Positions 13,538 to 27,400 of a stretch of DNA of 64,000 nucleotides are shown in pieces. Below the pieces are notes generated by a model, which was not told the origin of the DNA, made no database searches, and worked only from the letters and a program-made list of their open reading frames with translations. The stretch lies in assembly GCA_900088475.1 (NCBI GenBank), contig FLMG01000265.1:124001-188000 (forward strand), read 5' to 3'. The translations under genes and the position numbers were made by a program. Origin of the DNA: Hyphochytrium catenoides (lineage: Eukaryota; Protista; Hyphochytriomycota). Numbering within the stretch: position 1 is the first letter of the stretch; every line of letters starts with the position of its first letter.

Positions 13538-16500
13538 TTAGTAGCGTTGGGAATGCCTCCTAGTTATTGGACTACGGTTTCGGGACCTTCCTGGGCTCTC
13601 GCCCCTCCACCTACGCCGAGGACTTGGGCTACGGTCGCTAGCCACTGCTCTGCGAGGGCTAGGTAATTGTTCCCTGCTTCTAAAATCCCTTCCTATACTA
13701 TTGCTCCGACTTCGGCTTCTTCCGCGCATTCTACTCGAGCTATTGCTTCTATCCCGGCTCCTACTTCGCCGCCACCTACGAGAATCGGCGCGATCTAGCC
13801 CACCACCTAACGAAGTGGACGCCCGAGATCTGCTGCTACTTCTTGAGCGGCTACGGGGCCGTTGGCGCCCTATGCTTCTACTACGTGAACGGCTCCGGCG
13901 TCGATCTGTAGCAGTACTTTCTCTGACATATTTTAGTAGAACTTCTCGTTGCCACGAAAAGCTCTTGTGAATCACTACATTGATCTTGCTCTCAAAATGA
14001 CCAGGCAAGCGGAGACGTATCCCGCTCTTTGTAGTCATTGCCAAGCCCGCTGGGATAGAAAGGAGAACCGGCACAGGTTAGCGAGACGAGAATTTCGTAC
14101 TTTAAAGTCCCTCATAATGGGTGACAACAACTACATACCCGCTAAGGGATTGTTGTACTCGAGTACCCAATAGACGGTAGAGCCATGCGATCTCTGTTGG
14201 GGAGTTTGCCTGGGAAGAATGCAGCGGGGTGCCTCTTGCTCCAAGGTAAAGAATTTTTGGAGCTCTTCGAACTGCACCGTTTGAGGCACTCCAAAGACTA
14301 CAAGACGCCATTCTCTGTGAATACGATCCTCAGGTCCAGCGGTCAAGGGCAGCGGCACTGGTTGGCTGACAGAACTTTCAGCACCACCTCGTATCCCTAA
14401 AGTGCCATGAGCCTGTAAAGCACTTGATTGTTGACAAGGTTGTGTTCTACCACCCAAAGGATCCTCTGGCACCTCCTCAGCATCGTTTATGCCCCACCAC
14501 GATAAAGAATGCGGAGGCATGTTAGGTTGCCTTTCGTCGGGCAGAATGGGAATCGTAGGCTCGGGGAGTGGTCTGTGGTCATCGCCGTACACATTGAAGT
14601 CCAGGGCCTGACGGGGAGGCTGAAGCTTGACCCAAAATGAGCCTCCCTAAAATATGAGACGTGACCTTAGATAGGGTAGTTATCACAGAACTGACGGACC
14701 GATGAAAGTCACAGCGCGGCTAGTAAGGCCATCGAGTTCCCATGAGTAGTATTAACAAAGTGCAAACCTACCCGCTCAATGCCTCCTTCTGCGAACCCAA
14801 AAGCCGACTCTTCTCTTTGCCTCAAATGTCCAAGTAGTCTGTCAATCTTCTCCCTAAACACCTGTGTCATGTAATCCTGGTAGCTATTGAGAGGGCGGAA
14901 GTTAACAAAGCAAGAAGGAGGAAAGTAGTTTCGTCAGAATCTGAGGAGGATTTCGCATGAATGAGGTTGGCTAAGCAGACACCTTTGGATTTGATGCTGT
15001 AAATGGTGATAGCCATAGGACCACTCATGCGAATGATGATAATGGTGGTGGCCCAACTGGCTCTCTTGGGGCCACATGGGACTGCTTGAAATGTCCTTCG
15101 AAGGCACGTAAGGCGGCTGATCTGAGGGATATAACGGACGGGAGTAACCTGGCAATTGCCATGGTGATTGAGAGCCTTGAGCAGTAGAGGCTGGAGTCGC
15201 AAGGAACGATCCCGGCCGCGAAAAGCTTTGAGTAGGTCCCTGCTGCAGACCAACCATTGCTGCGTGTGTAACAGGAGCGTTATTTCTAAGCTCTCCACCA
15301 GAGCTAAGGTTCCGAACTTCATCTAGAGTACTTGGGTGGACACCAAACGAAGAGGAAGCCGATCCTTCAATGTGTCCATGTCTGTCAGACTCTCTTGAAA
15401 GCTTGCTCTCTGGATAAGTTAGATCTGCCTCTATACCCGCAGCTTGATCTCCTTTATCCGAACTAGGCTGATCCGTTAATATCCTCTTCCTCTTCGACTT
15501 CCCCTCGCTTGACGACGACTTTACCGAGGATTTCTTGGAAGATTTTTTCGAGGGCTCTTTTGAAGAACTTTTAGACTTCTTTTCCTTCTTCTTTTTTTTC
15601 TTTTTCTCTTTCTTAACTCTGTCCGGACCTCTCTCAGGCTCGCCGTTGGTCTCAGCTGACTCTGTCCGAGGCCGTTTTCGGCCTGTTGCTCGTCTTGCTG
15701 GCGACGGCTGTGGTCCCGCGGCATTTGTCCCTCCAATTGCATTCTTGGTAGCCACTTCCGAAGCGACAGTGTTTACACTAGAGGCCTTAGATTGGGCATG
15801 ATCATGCATGGCCGCTTGCAAAAGCGTACGTTTCATTTCTACTTTCATTGTGCTGTCCACTGGGCCTTGATCCGAAGATCCTGATAGCTCCTCATGGTTC
15901 TGCGTCCCTATAGAACTTGAAGGAAGAGCCAGGGGTGGAGAGAGATTGGCTCCACTTTTTAACTCCGTGTCTAACCCGGAATCGTCAGCACGCTTAGTTT
16001 CCCCCTGCATTACGTCGCCAGTAAATTGGGCTTCAGCGAGCTTTCCAGCAGGGGGCTGGACAACTGGTTTTCGCCCTTTCTTCAACCTATCTTCATTTGA
16101 TAGACTCCTTCCGCGAGTCGGCGTACATGAAGTTCGCGATATAGAGGCCTTCCCTTTGGCCCCTGCTTTCCGTCTGCCAACTGCCTTCGCTGTAGCTTTA
16201 GCGCGAGCCTTTGGGGCATTCTCTCTTGGAGGAGCTGACTTCGCCGCGGCTTTGGCGCTTGCTTTCTTTTTCTTCTCGGATTTCAGCCGTGCTTGTTCAG
16301 GAGATACTGTTATCAGCTTTCCGGCACTTTCGACAGAAGCCTGAGTAGCTTTGGCTGATCTCTTTGCGCCACCGGATGCGGGCTTTGCAACCGCTAGGCG
16401 CCGTGACTTGGGCTTGACGGGCGTTGCATCCGGCTCTTTCTTGGATAAGCGCTTGGTTGATGAATTGAGTATTGACTTGGGAGCGGCCTTTCGCAATTTT

Positions 16501-16790
16501 GCGGCTGGTTGTTTCCTACTACGGGAGGCCGCCCTCTTTACCTTGCCTCCTTCCGGACCAGAAGCGGCCTGGGTTTCGGCAACCTCGGCTTCACGGAGAG
16601 GGCTAAGCTTGCCCCTTACGGGGCTGCTGCCAAAGGGATGCAGAGCAGGACTGCTGTTAGCATTGCCTTCCGCGGGCCGATCCTCGTTAGGCTGCGATTC
16701 CCGAAGAGCAACGGAGATTTGTTGTCTAAAGGTCAGACTGTTCCTTCCTTTTATTTCACCAGTGCTCTGGCCATCGGGGGGACGCACCAT
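13538..16790 (-). CDS. Lys/Ser-rich low-complexity protein with a degenerate RRM-like domain and C-terminal RS domain (putative SR-related splicing factor)
   Basis: 618-codon exon with KKEKKKKKKK tract and His-rich patch; intron near 14983. Downstream exons include WRLVVFGVPQTVQFEELQKFF (RNP2-like), then RSRSRS repeats at 13538-13900. Possible extra 5' exons to ~17400 were not resolved. Confidence 0.65.
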
Positions 16791-18471
16791 GGCGCGTAGC
16801 CTTGAACCTTGATTAAAGGAAAATGACTTTGCCAGAGGATTACAGCCGCATCAACCCATGACAGTTTGAGGGCCCACCTGTAGGCGTGGGGATCCACCTA
16901 GGATTTCTTCGACTTGCTCCCTGAATGGCACTTGACTAGCGATCTGCCAGCTCTCTCTTTGGAGTTCCCCTCTCTTTGTCAGCCCGTCTGCCCGGCACGG
17001 CCGTCTCTTTTCGCCTGAGTCTCCAATGTAGCTGAGTTGGTTAGGTTTTGAGTGAGGGGTCAAGCCTGTATGCACACAGACAGCTCTGCTTCGCTTCAGA
17101 GGTGCAGACCTAACACAATTATAATTTTACAGGCAACTTGTCATAGTTCTACTTCCACTTCTTCGTTCTTTGGTCCCTTCCATCGCCCCTTTTGTCCTTC
17201 AAGAGCTCCCCCACGAGTGGGCAAGTGAAGAAAGAATTACGATGAGGACTGGTTATCAATCTCATATCGTTTAAGTTACCATTGAAGGTTCTGGTGCGTA
17301 TTGTCTCTGTCCTGTGCAACGATGCAATGCTGAGGAGATGGTTGTCCGTGGAGCGTGGAGCGCCTCACCCTGTGTGAAGTTGAGTCCGCCCATCCTCTGT
17401 CATTTAGCTGCTGCGGCAGCTTCCAGGAGCTGTTACTGGATGGCTTCCATATTGTAGTGTCGGTGGAAGTGGTTAGTCTATTGTTTTGCTTGTATACTGT
17501 AGTCTCATAGTGCCGCCTCCCATGATTCGAAGTACGTTCCTACATACAGTCCTTTGATTCCAGCTTACCCAGCTCCGCCCGCTTTACTGCCCTACCTACA
17601 TCGTCCAGGAAGGCTCCACCTATCATGACACATTCAAGGGCTCATTCTTTGCTGGCAAAGAAAGAAGAAGATAAAGCAGATATCTCGTGCTTCTTGTGCT
17701 CTCGCTGGCACCGAATCCTTCCTGTAGTTTTTATAACTATTTTATAAACAGAGGTTGGTGCCACTAATTGGTTACCTACTCCTATAGCGTGGATAGTGAG
17801 ATGGAGCTCATCCGCGTGGGGATCCAGTCACGAACACCCTGCCGATAGGTGGATTAGAAGACGTTCTTCCTCTGGAAGCCAAAGATGTTGGGCAGCTTCG
17901 TCTCCGGACGACACTAATTGTAGGATGTAAGATGTCAGCTATATCTATAAAAGAAGAAAGTGATAATAATGTATACCTGAGGAAAAGCCGCACTGCCGGA
18001 TTTATTGCTTGCTGCACGTAGCGGCCAACGAGGATGAACCGGAACTCAAAGTGGTCTCACTTCGAAGTCAGAAGTGCATCAAGAAGGAGAGTGCTCTGAC
18101 CAAATGATAATGTTTGCTGTGCTGTAAACGTGCGTTGTCAGAGCAGCCTCAACTCGTGAATTTGCTGCGCGACTCAAAGCCGATATAAATTAGTTGGTCG
18201 ACTAAATATGCTTCAGCAGTCATTGTATGGCGCATCGTGATGGAACTCTAAGGGGTATGTGTGCAGTCGTACGGTTGTTCGCTAATTGATCTAAGGTCAT
18301 CTCTGTGCTTATGACACTGTGCATTACATAGGTGATATTACCTGCTATAATCGCATACGAGCCTCGTCCCTTCTAAGCCCTGGCATTTGGCATATACAGA
18401 CTACTTAGCTCACCCCGAGACACAAGAACTTGATGGAACCACCCCCCAGCGACGTATATCACCAAATTGGA

Positions 18472-21400
18472 TTAGGTTTGCTGATCTAAGAAGCTAAGGA
18501 GCCTGGAGCACATGACCCGAAGTTCGTGGATATCAGGAATCGCGAGATGATAAATGGATCTGACTAATGAAGGAATTGGGTTCAGCGACGATGTGCTTCG
18601 TTTTTCCAACAATGAAGCTGAGATTTACCTTTGCTGATATCCACATTTAGGAGCAAAATGCTCTCGTGACTATTCCCCTGTTGTAAGTAGATGTGAAGTT
18701 GGGGTGCTGCGTTGATTACGCTATGACCCAAACGGTGCATCAAACGTCGCCGATCCTCTAATGAGAGAAGGTGAACAGCCATCCAAAAGCAGTTGGTTGC
18801 TGGTGCTTGCTTAAGCGTATGCGAGTCATATGCCGCCTTTTCCTGAGGGAAGAGGGGGCATTGATTAGACTCCTTTTCACCTGAAGCAACATCTAAGCCT
18901 ACCATCAGCAGCCGACTGTTAAAAGGTGGCGGACCGCACACAACGTCTCGCAGCTCCACTGCAGAGTAAAGCCGAAGAATATTCTCAGGTATGATACTGG
19001 TTAAACCCTCTCTTATCCACTGGGCCTGCTGCGCACCGTATTCATAGCATCGCCGCTGCATTGCAGCCGCGAGCTCCTTCTTGTTGGCCCAACTAGATGC
19101 ATATACGCAGTCTGAGCAAGTTGTATGAAGGTCGTAATAATGACAAAGCGAGCGCAGAGGAAGCGCCAAATAGGACCGGAAGAGGATTAGAACAGAAAGC
19201 CACCATCATTACCAACATCGAACGAAGTGAGAGCAGATACCAAGAGAGGACCCTCTTACTTGATTCGCGTCCCTTCAGAGTATGCACCTTCCGCCAAGAC
19301 GTTGGGTTTCAGGGGGTCTACCAAGTCTTCGGTTATAAATTCTTCAAAGACATTTGGGCTTATACCCCTACGGTCCACCTCCTCGAGGCCTTTTATTACT
19401 TCATACGCAGTCATGTCCACCTCCTGTAGGTCATTGATTTCGATGCTCTCCTGTGCCTGAGGAAAGCAACGGCAATGAGACTATCAGGACATACAGTCTA
19501 TGTCCTAGACATTGCGAGATGAGGCGCTTACCAGCTGTCTCCAGAAAAGTTTTGGCATATGCAGCGGTAGTAGGACTCTTGTTCGTATAGCCATTCCAAG
19601 AATAAGTCCAAAGGTGTTAAAGAGTTTTCGATGTCTCTGGTTTGACAGTCTCCCATCCAAAGTATGACGTGAAACCTCTGGCGAAAGATCAAGGCCACGC
19701 TGAGCATTTGCAGAAAGAGCGAAAACTGATACCGGGGGCCCGAAGAGGTCTTGAACTGCCAGAACGATGGCTTCCTTATAGGTCTGAATAATGGCGATAC
19801 AATGTTAGGTTAGATAGGAAGAAGTTGATGCCACTGCAGTACAGAACATTCAAGGTAGGACCACCTCACAAATAGCATTAGTGGTGGAAATGGAAGGGCT
19901 GAGGAGTGGTACGGGGAACAAGCGTGAGGGAACAAACTTACCAAGGATTTGTCTTCACTCGGTTCCCTGCTGAAGACGACATCAAACGCTCTCTGTTGAA
20001 TAGAGCTGAATGAAAGACTTTTCCTGGACACAAAATGGCATCGTAGTGCCGCAGGATCCAACCCAGAGATCTGGACTTCAATCTAGATAATAGACTTTGG
20101 TGAGGTCCCCAGAACGCATATTCAGAACCCTGCAGCTAGTGCAGTAATCTCTATTTCATTATACAGACCGTACGTCTAAAGCTCCCATCTACTGTAGTGC
20201 ACCATGTTCAGCTGTGGTACCCTCTACTGGTAATAAGGGAGGCACATCGTACCTGCTCAAAAATGGAGGAGCCGCTAGGTGCAACGTGCTGTTCCTGCGC
20301 CGCGGGGTTAGGTGGTGGCCTTATGATTGAGACTCTCCTAGGCCCGTCCGTCTCCTCGCTGTCCTCATCTATAATCTTCACTGCGGTGGCAGTATGTTCG
20401 ATAACCTCAGCTGGATGGGCCAAGAAAACGTTAGTGAAGCTCGAACTTACTGCATGGCACGACTGCAAATACTCTCCCGACACAGCTAACGTCTTTAATC
20501 CTACGTTGAGAGCCTCTATAACTTATTCACTCCTCGGTCGTGATCCATCTACATGATAGTCTCACACTTGGTGCTGAATCTTTTCACTTATCCTCCACCT
20601 TACCTAATATGGCATCCTTCACTCCCTTATAAAGCAGGTGCTGCACAGAGGAGAGCCAGTTCGTCTCTACTTCTTCCTCCTCCCTACGGCTGGGGGACGC
20701 GGAGAGAATACTGGGGAGACAGCGCTCTACTAGATCATTCACCTTTCTAAACAAGCGAGAAAGGTTGAGAAAGATGTTAGACTCAGTGTAATAGCAGTGG
20801 GCGTTTTATCTACGAGAGCGAGTAGTTGGGTTGCTATCAAACCCTAAACTCCACAAAGATACAATTTCGGAGGCAAAGAAGGCCTTATGGACGATGTGTG
20901 CGGCTCATTGTAAATGTAGTTCTAGAACCCGACAACCACTATTTGATAAGAATAGGAATTTTCGAGATATAATTCTCCAGTCAGTTCTACCTGATGATGG
21001 CCATTCTTGCTTCTAATAGACTCTGGGTCAAGCTCGCGAGGTTGTCATAATCTTGGACAGCTTCCTTTATGTCATTCCAAAGGATTTGAAAAGGAGAGGT
21101 ACCTTTTGCCCCGCTGGATTCGTTTATGATGGACAAAAGAGTGTAGTCGTTGCGTGGCTCCCACACTACAGTTAGGCAGGATGTCAGCTGCTGCAATGTC
21201 TTCCTAACAGGACAACTACGCTATTCTTCGCCCAACAAAGCGTTCCAAAAATACGTATCCGGCATCCTTGCAATTAACCCTTCGGTGGTATTCCTGCCGT
21301 TTTTTAACTTCTGACGCAGAGTACCCCGCCCTCGCCCCCAAATATTCCCTGGAGCTCATAGTTCCCAATATTTGCCATTACATCTTGTCCAGACATGGGT

Positions 21401-24400
21401 GTCGTATCGATCCTTACCACAGACATCCGTTCTGAATGCCTCCCAGGTGGAGTCTGGGAGATCTGTTTGGTAACCTGAGTGAAAGTCCCTGTATGCCTGC
21501 CCTCGATTGATATAAACGTCTTCACTATCACGGGTTGCCTCCACCAATTTGATGCATTGACTGTACGACCACGGCTGCAAAACTGCGACACAAAAATGAT
21601 TAGTGTGATCTGGACCTTAACAGCCATTCTTACAAGGGATTGAGGCTGTAGGCAGGCAAAAGCCTTGAAACATTTAGAACTAGGTAGCTTGTAAGGAGGA
21701 GGGTCAATAAGGCGTTTTGGGGAGAGTAGATTGAAACGACAGGTACGTCCTGTGGAGCCGGAATGGATGGCTACCAGCTCTATCATCGTTCTTCAGTACC
21801 CAAACAGAGCCGTCTGCAACTCCTAATACAACGGCCGTGGAGGATCCGGTGATTATGGTGTCCGAAGGAAAGAGCTGACTCCTACTACAGGCCAAAGGGC
21901 ACGTGGAGACATCCAAGTATTCCCCTATGGAGTACGTCATGTCAGTGAATGTCGCTTTAAACTCCTGTTTGAAGCAATCATGCTTGCCTCCGGAACACAT
22001 TCGGTGTCTGTCTAGATAGCCCTTGCGCCACAGGTTAAACGAGGTAAAAGTGCTCGCAATGAAATCTTGCGGAGGAGGACGTTGAGCCTCGTACTGACGA
22101 GTAAAGCGCCGTAAAAGCGAGAGCTCCCGAATTCTCTGTCCTATATCAAATGCCAGGTTAAAGAGAGGACCTATATATATGGAATTCGACTATGAAGTTG
22201 GAACGGAGACGGCGTGTTTTTGCACGACTGACCACAGTGAATAGGTAGCGCCGCAGAAAGGTGAAAAAGCACAAGTCGAAGGTCAAGGATCAGCCAAAAC
22301 TCAACCAAATGGTAAGTGTAGTACATCCGAGGACCTGCGCTCGCGCTTTCAGCGCAACAGTCTTCCCTAGAACTGCTGCTCGGGTTCAGTGTAAGCTCAT
22401 CATCCTGTGTGTAGCGTGAGATATGCAGGAAAATCCTATACGCAAAAACGTTTCCGTTTCCCACAACCCCTCACCGCCCAGTTCTCTCGCGTACTGTCTG
22501 CCCCTGAAATTCGTAACGTTGCCCGCCAACCCCATGTGTTACCTTGTTATAAATAGAAAATGCTGCATAGAGTGGCCTATCATTAGGCAGATCTTCAACT
22601 GCTACACCTTGATCCACCCCATTTATAAAGAATCGTAGAGTCCCACGTGTCATATCCAGAAGCACCCGAATTCGGTCCCCTTCCTTGAATAGGTCCCCAT
22701 ACGTTCGAAGCTTGAGGGAGAGCAGCAAGCATTGACGTCAGGATGGTCATATAAAGTGCCCAGCAAGAGGTTGATCGTCCTTTATAGCGTGATGCTAAAT
22801 GCCCCAGAGTTACAATTCTGAGCTAACACAATATGGAGTCTCTCGAGCTCGCCTTAGAGAGATTTTGAAAAGTGATAGCCTTGACTAGTATCAAGTGGCC
22901 TTATGCAGGTTGTTGGAAGATCAGGAAGGCTTACCTTGGTCTTATTATGCCAAACTGCTCTGTTAGCCAAAAAGCCCCAGCCATACTGATCGCTCCCAAT
23001 ATAGTTCTCGAGGCTTGCTTCTGCGGTAGCTACTCCTAGAAAGATATTCTTGCTAGCGCATTTCATCACAGAAACCTCCCAAGAATGGGAACCAGATGTG
23101 AAGGGGACCGAAGTGCGTACAGCGTTCCACTTCTTGTTTGCCATGTTTGTGATAGTGAGGGAGTCGTCGGAAAGTAGAAGGTTCGGACCCATATAATCCT
23201 TGTCGAAGATTACTGCGGCCTATTGAAGACATAAGAGTGACGACGGGAGTCCGAACGAGTCAAGGATCTTTGACAAATAATTAGGGACCAAGACGTTGTT
23301 GATAGAAGGGAGCATAGGACCAAACCTCGAACAGTAAACAAGAAGTCTTAGATCTATTTGCGGATTTCGGAAAAAAGAGGCGGTGAACGCAAAGAAAAGG
23401 GTTGTAGCCAAAGCAGCAGTATTATATCAGACGCTCTAGCCTCCGCATATCCAATGTCACCTCTGGCAAGGTACTAAACCGTAATCGCGGTAAGTTTTCG
23501 GGGAACTCTTCTTGGTCCAAGTCCCTGCACCATCATAAAAAATGAGTTTCTATTTGCAGCAGAAGAGGAAATTCAGAATATCCGAAACCCATCGTAGAGA
23601 GGTGTTAAGCCCACACCGCCCTTTCCCTCTTTCCTTAAGTACTGCTGACACTACCCTCACTAACCTCATACCTCGTGGAGGCTGCAAGCTGATAGGTGGT
23701 ATCTGGCTTTAGTTCTGAGAGGTCCAACACCCGGGATTCCGAGAGAGCCTGTCCGACTCTCTGCCACTATTAACGGAAGAAACGATTAGTGTTGACAGAG
23801 TATACAATGGACCGCATAGATGGAAGGGATACGGACAACTTTTATGTCAGGCAGGTCCAGTGTCCTTGAGGAACTCTAAACAAGCAGATACAGAACAATG
23901 GGAGGGCTTGGTCAACTCTTAGCTAGAGGAGTAGAGGAGGAACAAATGCGGGTGAGAGAGGAGCTTTCTGATACCTCAACCTTCTGTTGAACATCCAAGG
24001 AGACAAAGGGTACAGGGCGGAGCCAGAACCGGAGGGACGTATGGTCTTGTTCGCTAGTCTCCCAAGCGATTGAGATCATGGCGCTTTTTGACGTGACATT
24101 AATCAAGGTGAAATGGAAGGCTAAGGGGTCGCGAGGAAGCAAATTAGCACCGACACAAGAGGATAGGAGACAAATCGGCGACTTACGTTGAATTGAAGCA
24201 GGTTCTTGATCCTGTTCCGTCTGAAATATCTGGGATGCTTCATAGCAGCTACAGAGAAGCCTAGCGATGGACTTTGAGGGGGGTCGTTAGGTGTCCACGT
24301 TGTTAGCCTCTCCACTCTTTCGTTCTAAGGGTGTACTTATTATTGACCATAGAACTTTCCGGTTCTGTTGGCTCTACCCTGTTCCTTGGGTGATTTGCGA

Positions 24401-27400
24401 TTTCTTTTGTGAATAATGGAGCCAAAGTACGCTTCCTGCCACGCCCCTTTCATACAAAGTGCTTCCTCAAGTCTACTCTCTCACCTGAAGGTACGGAGAA
24501 TACAAGTATCTCCTGCCTTTCTCAGAATTCATTCTTGCCCGGTAAAGGGATAAGAGGCAAGTAGGATGCACCATTTTCAAATAAGAGAGTACTTGCTTTG
24601 GATCTGCTTTTTTGAAACAGAGATTGACATGGAATAGGACGAGAGTATATGAGAAAAACCTCACAAGAAAGAGGCGCCATACAAGATGACACAAAGCTAG
24701 GCGAGTAATCAAGCGATATGTGGGAACGCCAAGCGAGTTATGCTCCCAAGGTAATCAGAATAGCGACACTACTTTGCTAATAAGTAATAGAGTGATGGTA
24801 TGAGCATATCTCCCGCGTCAAGTGCTGTCTGAACAAAACGCTTACCTCTCGTCCTTGTCACGGAATCAAGCGCTGCACAGAGGATGCGAAGAATAATCGT
24901 CCTTTTAAGGATGTCTTGGATCCGCAGAGCGCGAACTAGAGCTTGGAAAACGGACAACATTGAAGCATGGAAGGAACGTGCCACCTGCTTGCAAGCATCC
25001 CCCTGGTCAATTTTAGCGACTGGAGACTTCCGGTTCCTATCGTCTAGAACTATTTGCAGCTTCTCCAACGCAAACGTTTTAGAGTTCTCGTGGCCGCTTT
25101 CGTCTTTTTCTGCTTGGAGCTGGTCGAGAACCACATAGAGTTCAGCATCCTTGATTAACTGGATGATCCAGGCACAATACTCTAGAAGGGTTCCGTGCGA
25201 CGATTCCATGTTTTCCTTGGCCCCCAAGAGACCCTTCTGGCTATCTCCTGGGGCAAACAGGCTGTACGACATCAGACACTTATGGCTAGGGAAGATTCAG
25301 TGAGGGCTTCGAAAAGTGGATAACACCTTTGACCCTTGGCTGCCCGTATCAAGCAAGGGCCAACCGGGCACAGGGAGTGTCTTGTGTATCACAAAAAGAT
25401 TATGATCCCACCTGGATGTAGCCATTTGCTCTCCTACATTCTCCAGCGCCGCCGAGACGAAGGAGACAGAGTCTTGGTGTACGGAGTGTAGCTCATCATC
25501 TAAAGCTGCTTCTTGTGTCAGGAGCTCTTTTAAAAGTACTTGTAATGACTTTATGTCAGTGTGGCTCTTAGAACTTCTACCGGGAGATAACATGGGATAT
25601 TGTAAATGGGGGAAGTCGTTGTCTTGTAGTACGTGGGATCTCCATATTCCTCGGGCTAATGTCCGGAGGCCGGGGTCCGACTGAGTGACCTCCATACTTA
25701 TGTAAGATAGAATTTGCGCTCTGTGGACAACGTTGATCAGGTTAATGACAGAGGCAAGAAACACTAAACTCGCCGGAAGGTAGGCAATAAGTCCAAAGCC
25801 GCCTTAACAACACAGGATCACGGTACTTTGGATGAGCTGATAGTTTTAGGAGACTGAGAGGGGTCCATGAGAACAAACCTATTTAGCGGTGAAACAAAAA
25901 ACTCTATTGCCTTGTTTCGAACAGGGCATTCCGTCTCCGGATGAGCTTCGTTAGTCTCCGCGTGATAGGAGAGAACATAGAGGAGGGTCCTCGAGTACTT
26001 GACTGATAACGCGGCCTCTACCAGCACCGTAAGAAGCCAAAACTCGTCTCCCTTACTATCAGCTAGGCAGGAGAGGATTGGCTGGAGATATGGGAACGCT
26101 ATCTCTCTAGCGCTCGGGGTCATTTCAGCACCAAGACCCATACTACTGATGGAAATCTCGTCTGTGCAGTCGATAACACGGCGCGTGGTCCTAAAATAGA
26201 ACTCCTTGACCTCTTCCTGTTGAACGAGGAAGTTAGAGCAGAGCAAGGAGAAAAGAAATCTAATACATACCTCTTGGCGTTCGGAATTCCTCGACATGAG
26301 CAGTCCTATGTCAAGTGGGATGAAATGGAAGGAGTTGTAAACATTAGAATCTTATTCACTGAGTCAGGTATAGAGACAACCAGGAGCCTTAGCGAAGTAA
26401 GCATGGTAAACACAAAGAGCTGATCAAGCGGAATTGACACAACCCACCGCAGAATCCACCATGGCCGCTCCTCGAAAGCAAATGGTCATCAGACTCCTCG
26501 CCACCGCTATTTTCAGTCTCAGCTTCCGCACTATAACCCTGTTCCTCCAGAGCGTTCCTCGGCTCGTTCAGCTTCTCAGGGGAGTTTAAAGTGGCGCCGA
26601 GCGGAGACAGTTCGGATGAGGAAATTGTCGGAGGAGTAAGCGAGGGAGGATGTCCATATATTGCTAGTGGAAGGTTTTCCGCAGGGAACGAGGGGCTGGA
26701 GGGGACTGCAGGCTGACAAACAGAGTCATCTCCGTCCTCTCCCTCCGATCTCGTCTGCAGTAAGTTTCCCGAGATGTTTTCTGTAAGGCGCTCTCGGTCC
26801 GTCCTCTTTTCGACTTGGACGCTCTTGTAAATCTCCGGCACCGACACGACGACAGGTGTTTGACTACTACCAATTCTTGAGGCCTCCACGACTCCCACTA
26901 GTTCTCTTTTCTGTGTGGAGGAGAGACACCGAAAAGGCCGTTCGCCTGTATTAAGAATGAGGGCCTGGCCTCGATTCAGTGACAAGGCTGGAAGGAAGCA
27001 AATGGGAGAAGTCGAGGACGGTGGAGATACGATGTATCCCAAGCCCAAATCTTCTCCGTTGATAAGCCACCGAATTTCTAGCATCCTCAAATCCAGCACG
27101 CAGCTGGGAGAATGACGTTAGGGAAGCTGAATTCAAATACACAGGCTAAAGACTGAAATCTTCTCACCCAACTATATCTCCGGTTCTCCATCTTTTCCCA
27201 TAATCCTCACATGTACCTCCGGTCCACTTCTTGGTCCTGAAACCATCAAAAGACCAGCTGTTGGGAGTGTCCCCCACTCCTCGACCGTTAGTGGAGTCTA
27301 CTTCCAGTCCAGCAACAGACCATCCAAGCTGCATTAGCCCATCACTGAGCAGCTCGGCCTCATAATAGTAGCAAGTAGGATTCAGCGCTGCTGATGGAAG

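Noticed and set aside
13701-16812. Plus-strand ORFs rich in L/R/F (e.g. 13701-13970, 15535-15801, 15946-16812)
   Set aside because: They are antisense shadows of the RS- and Lys-rich coding sequence.
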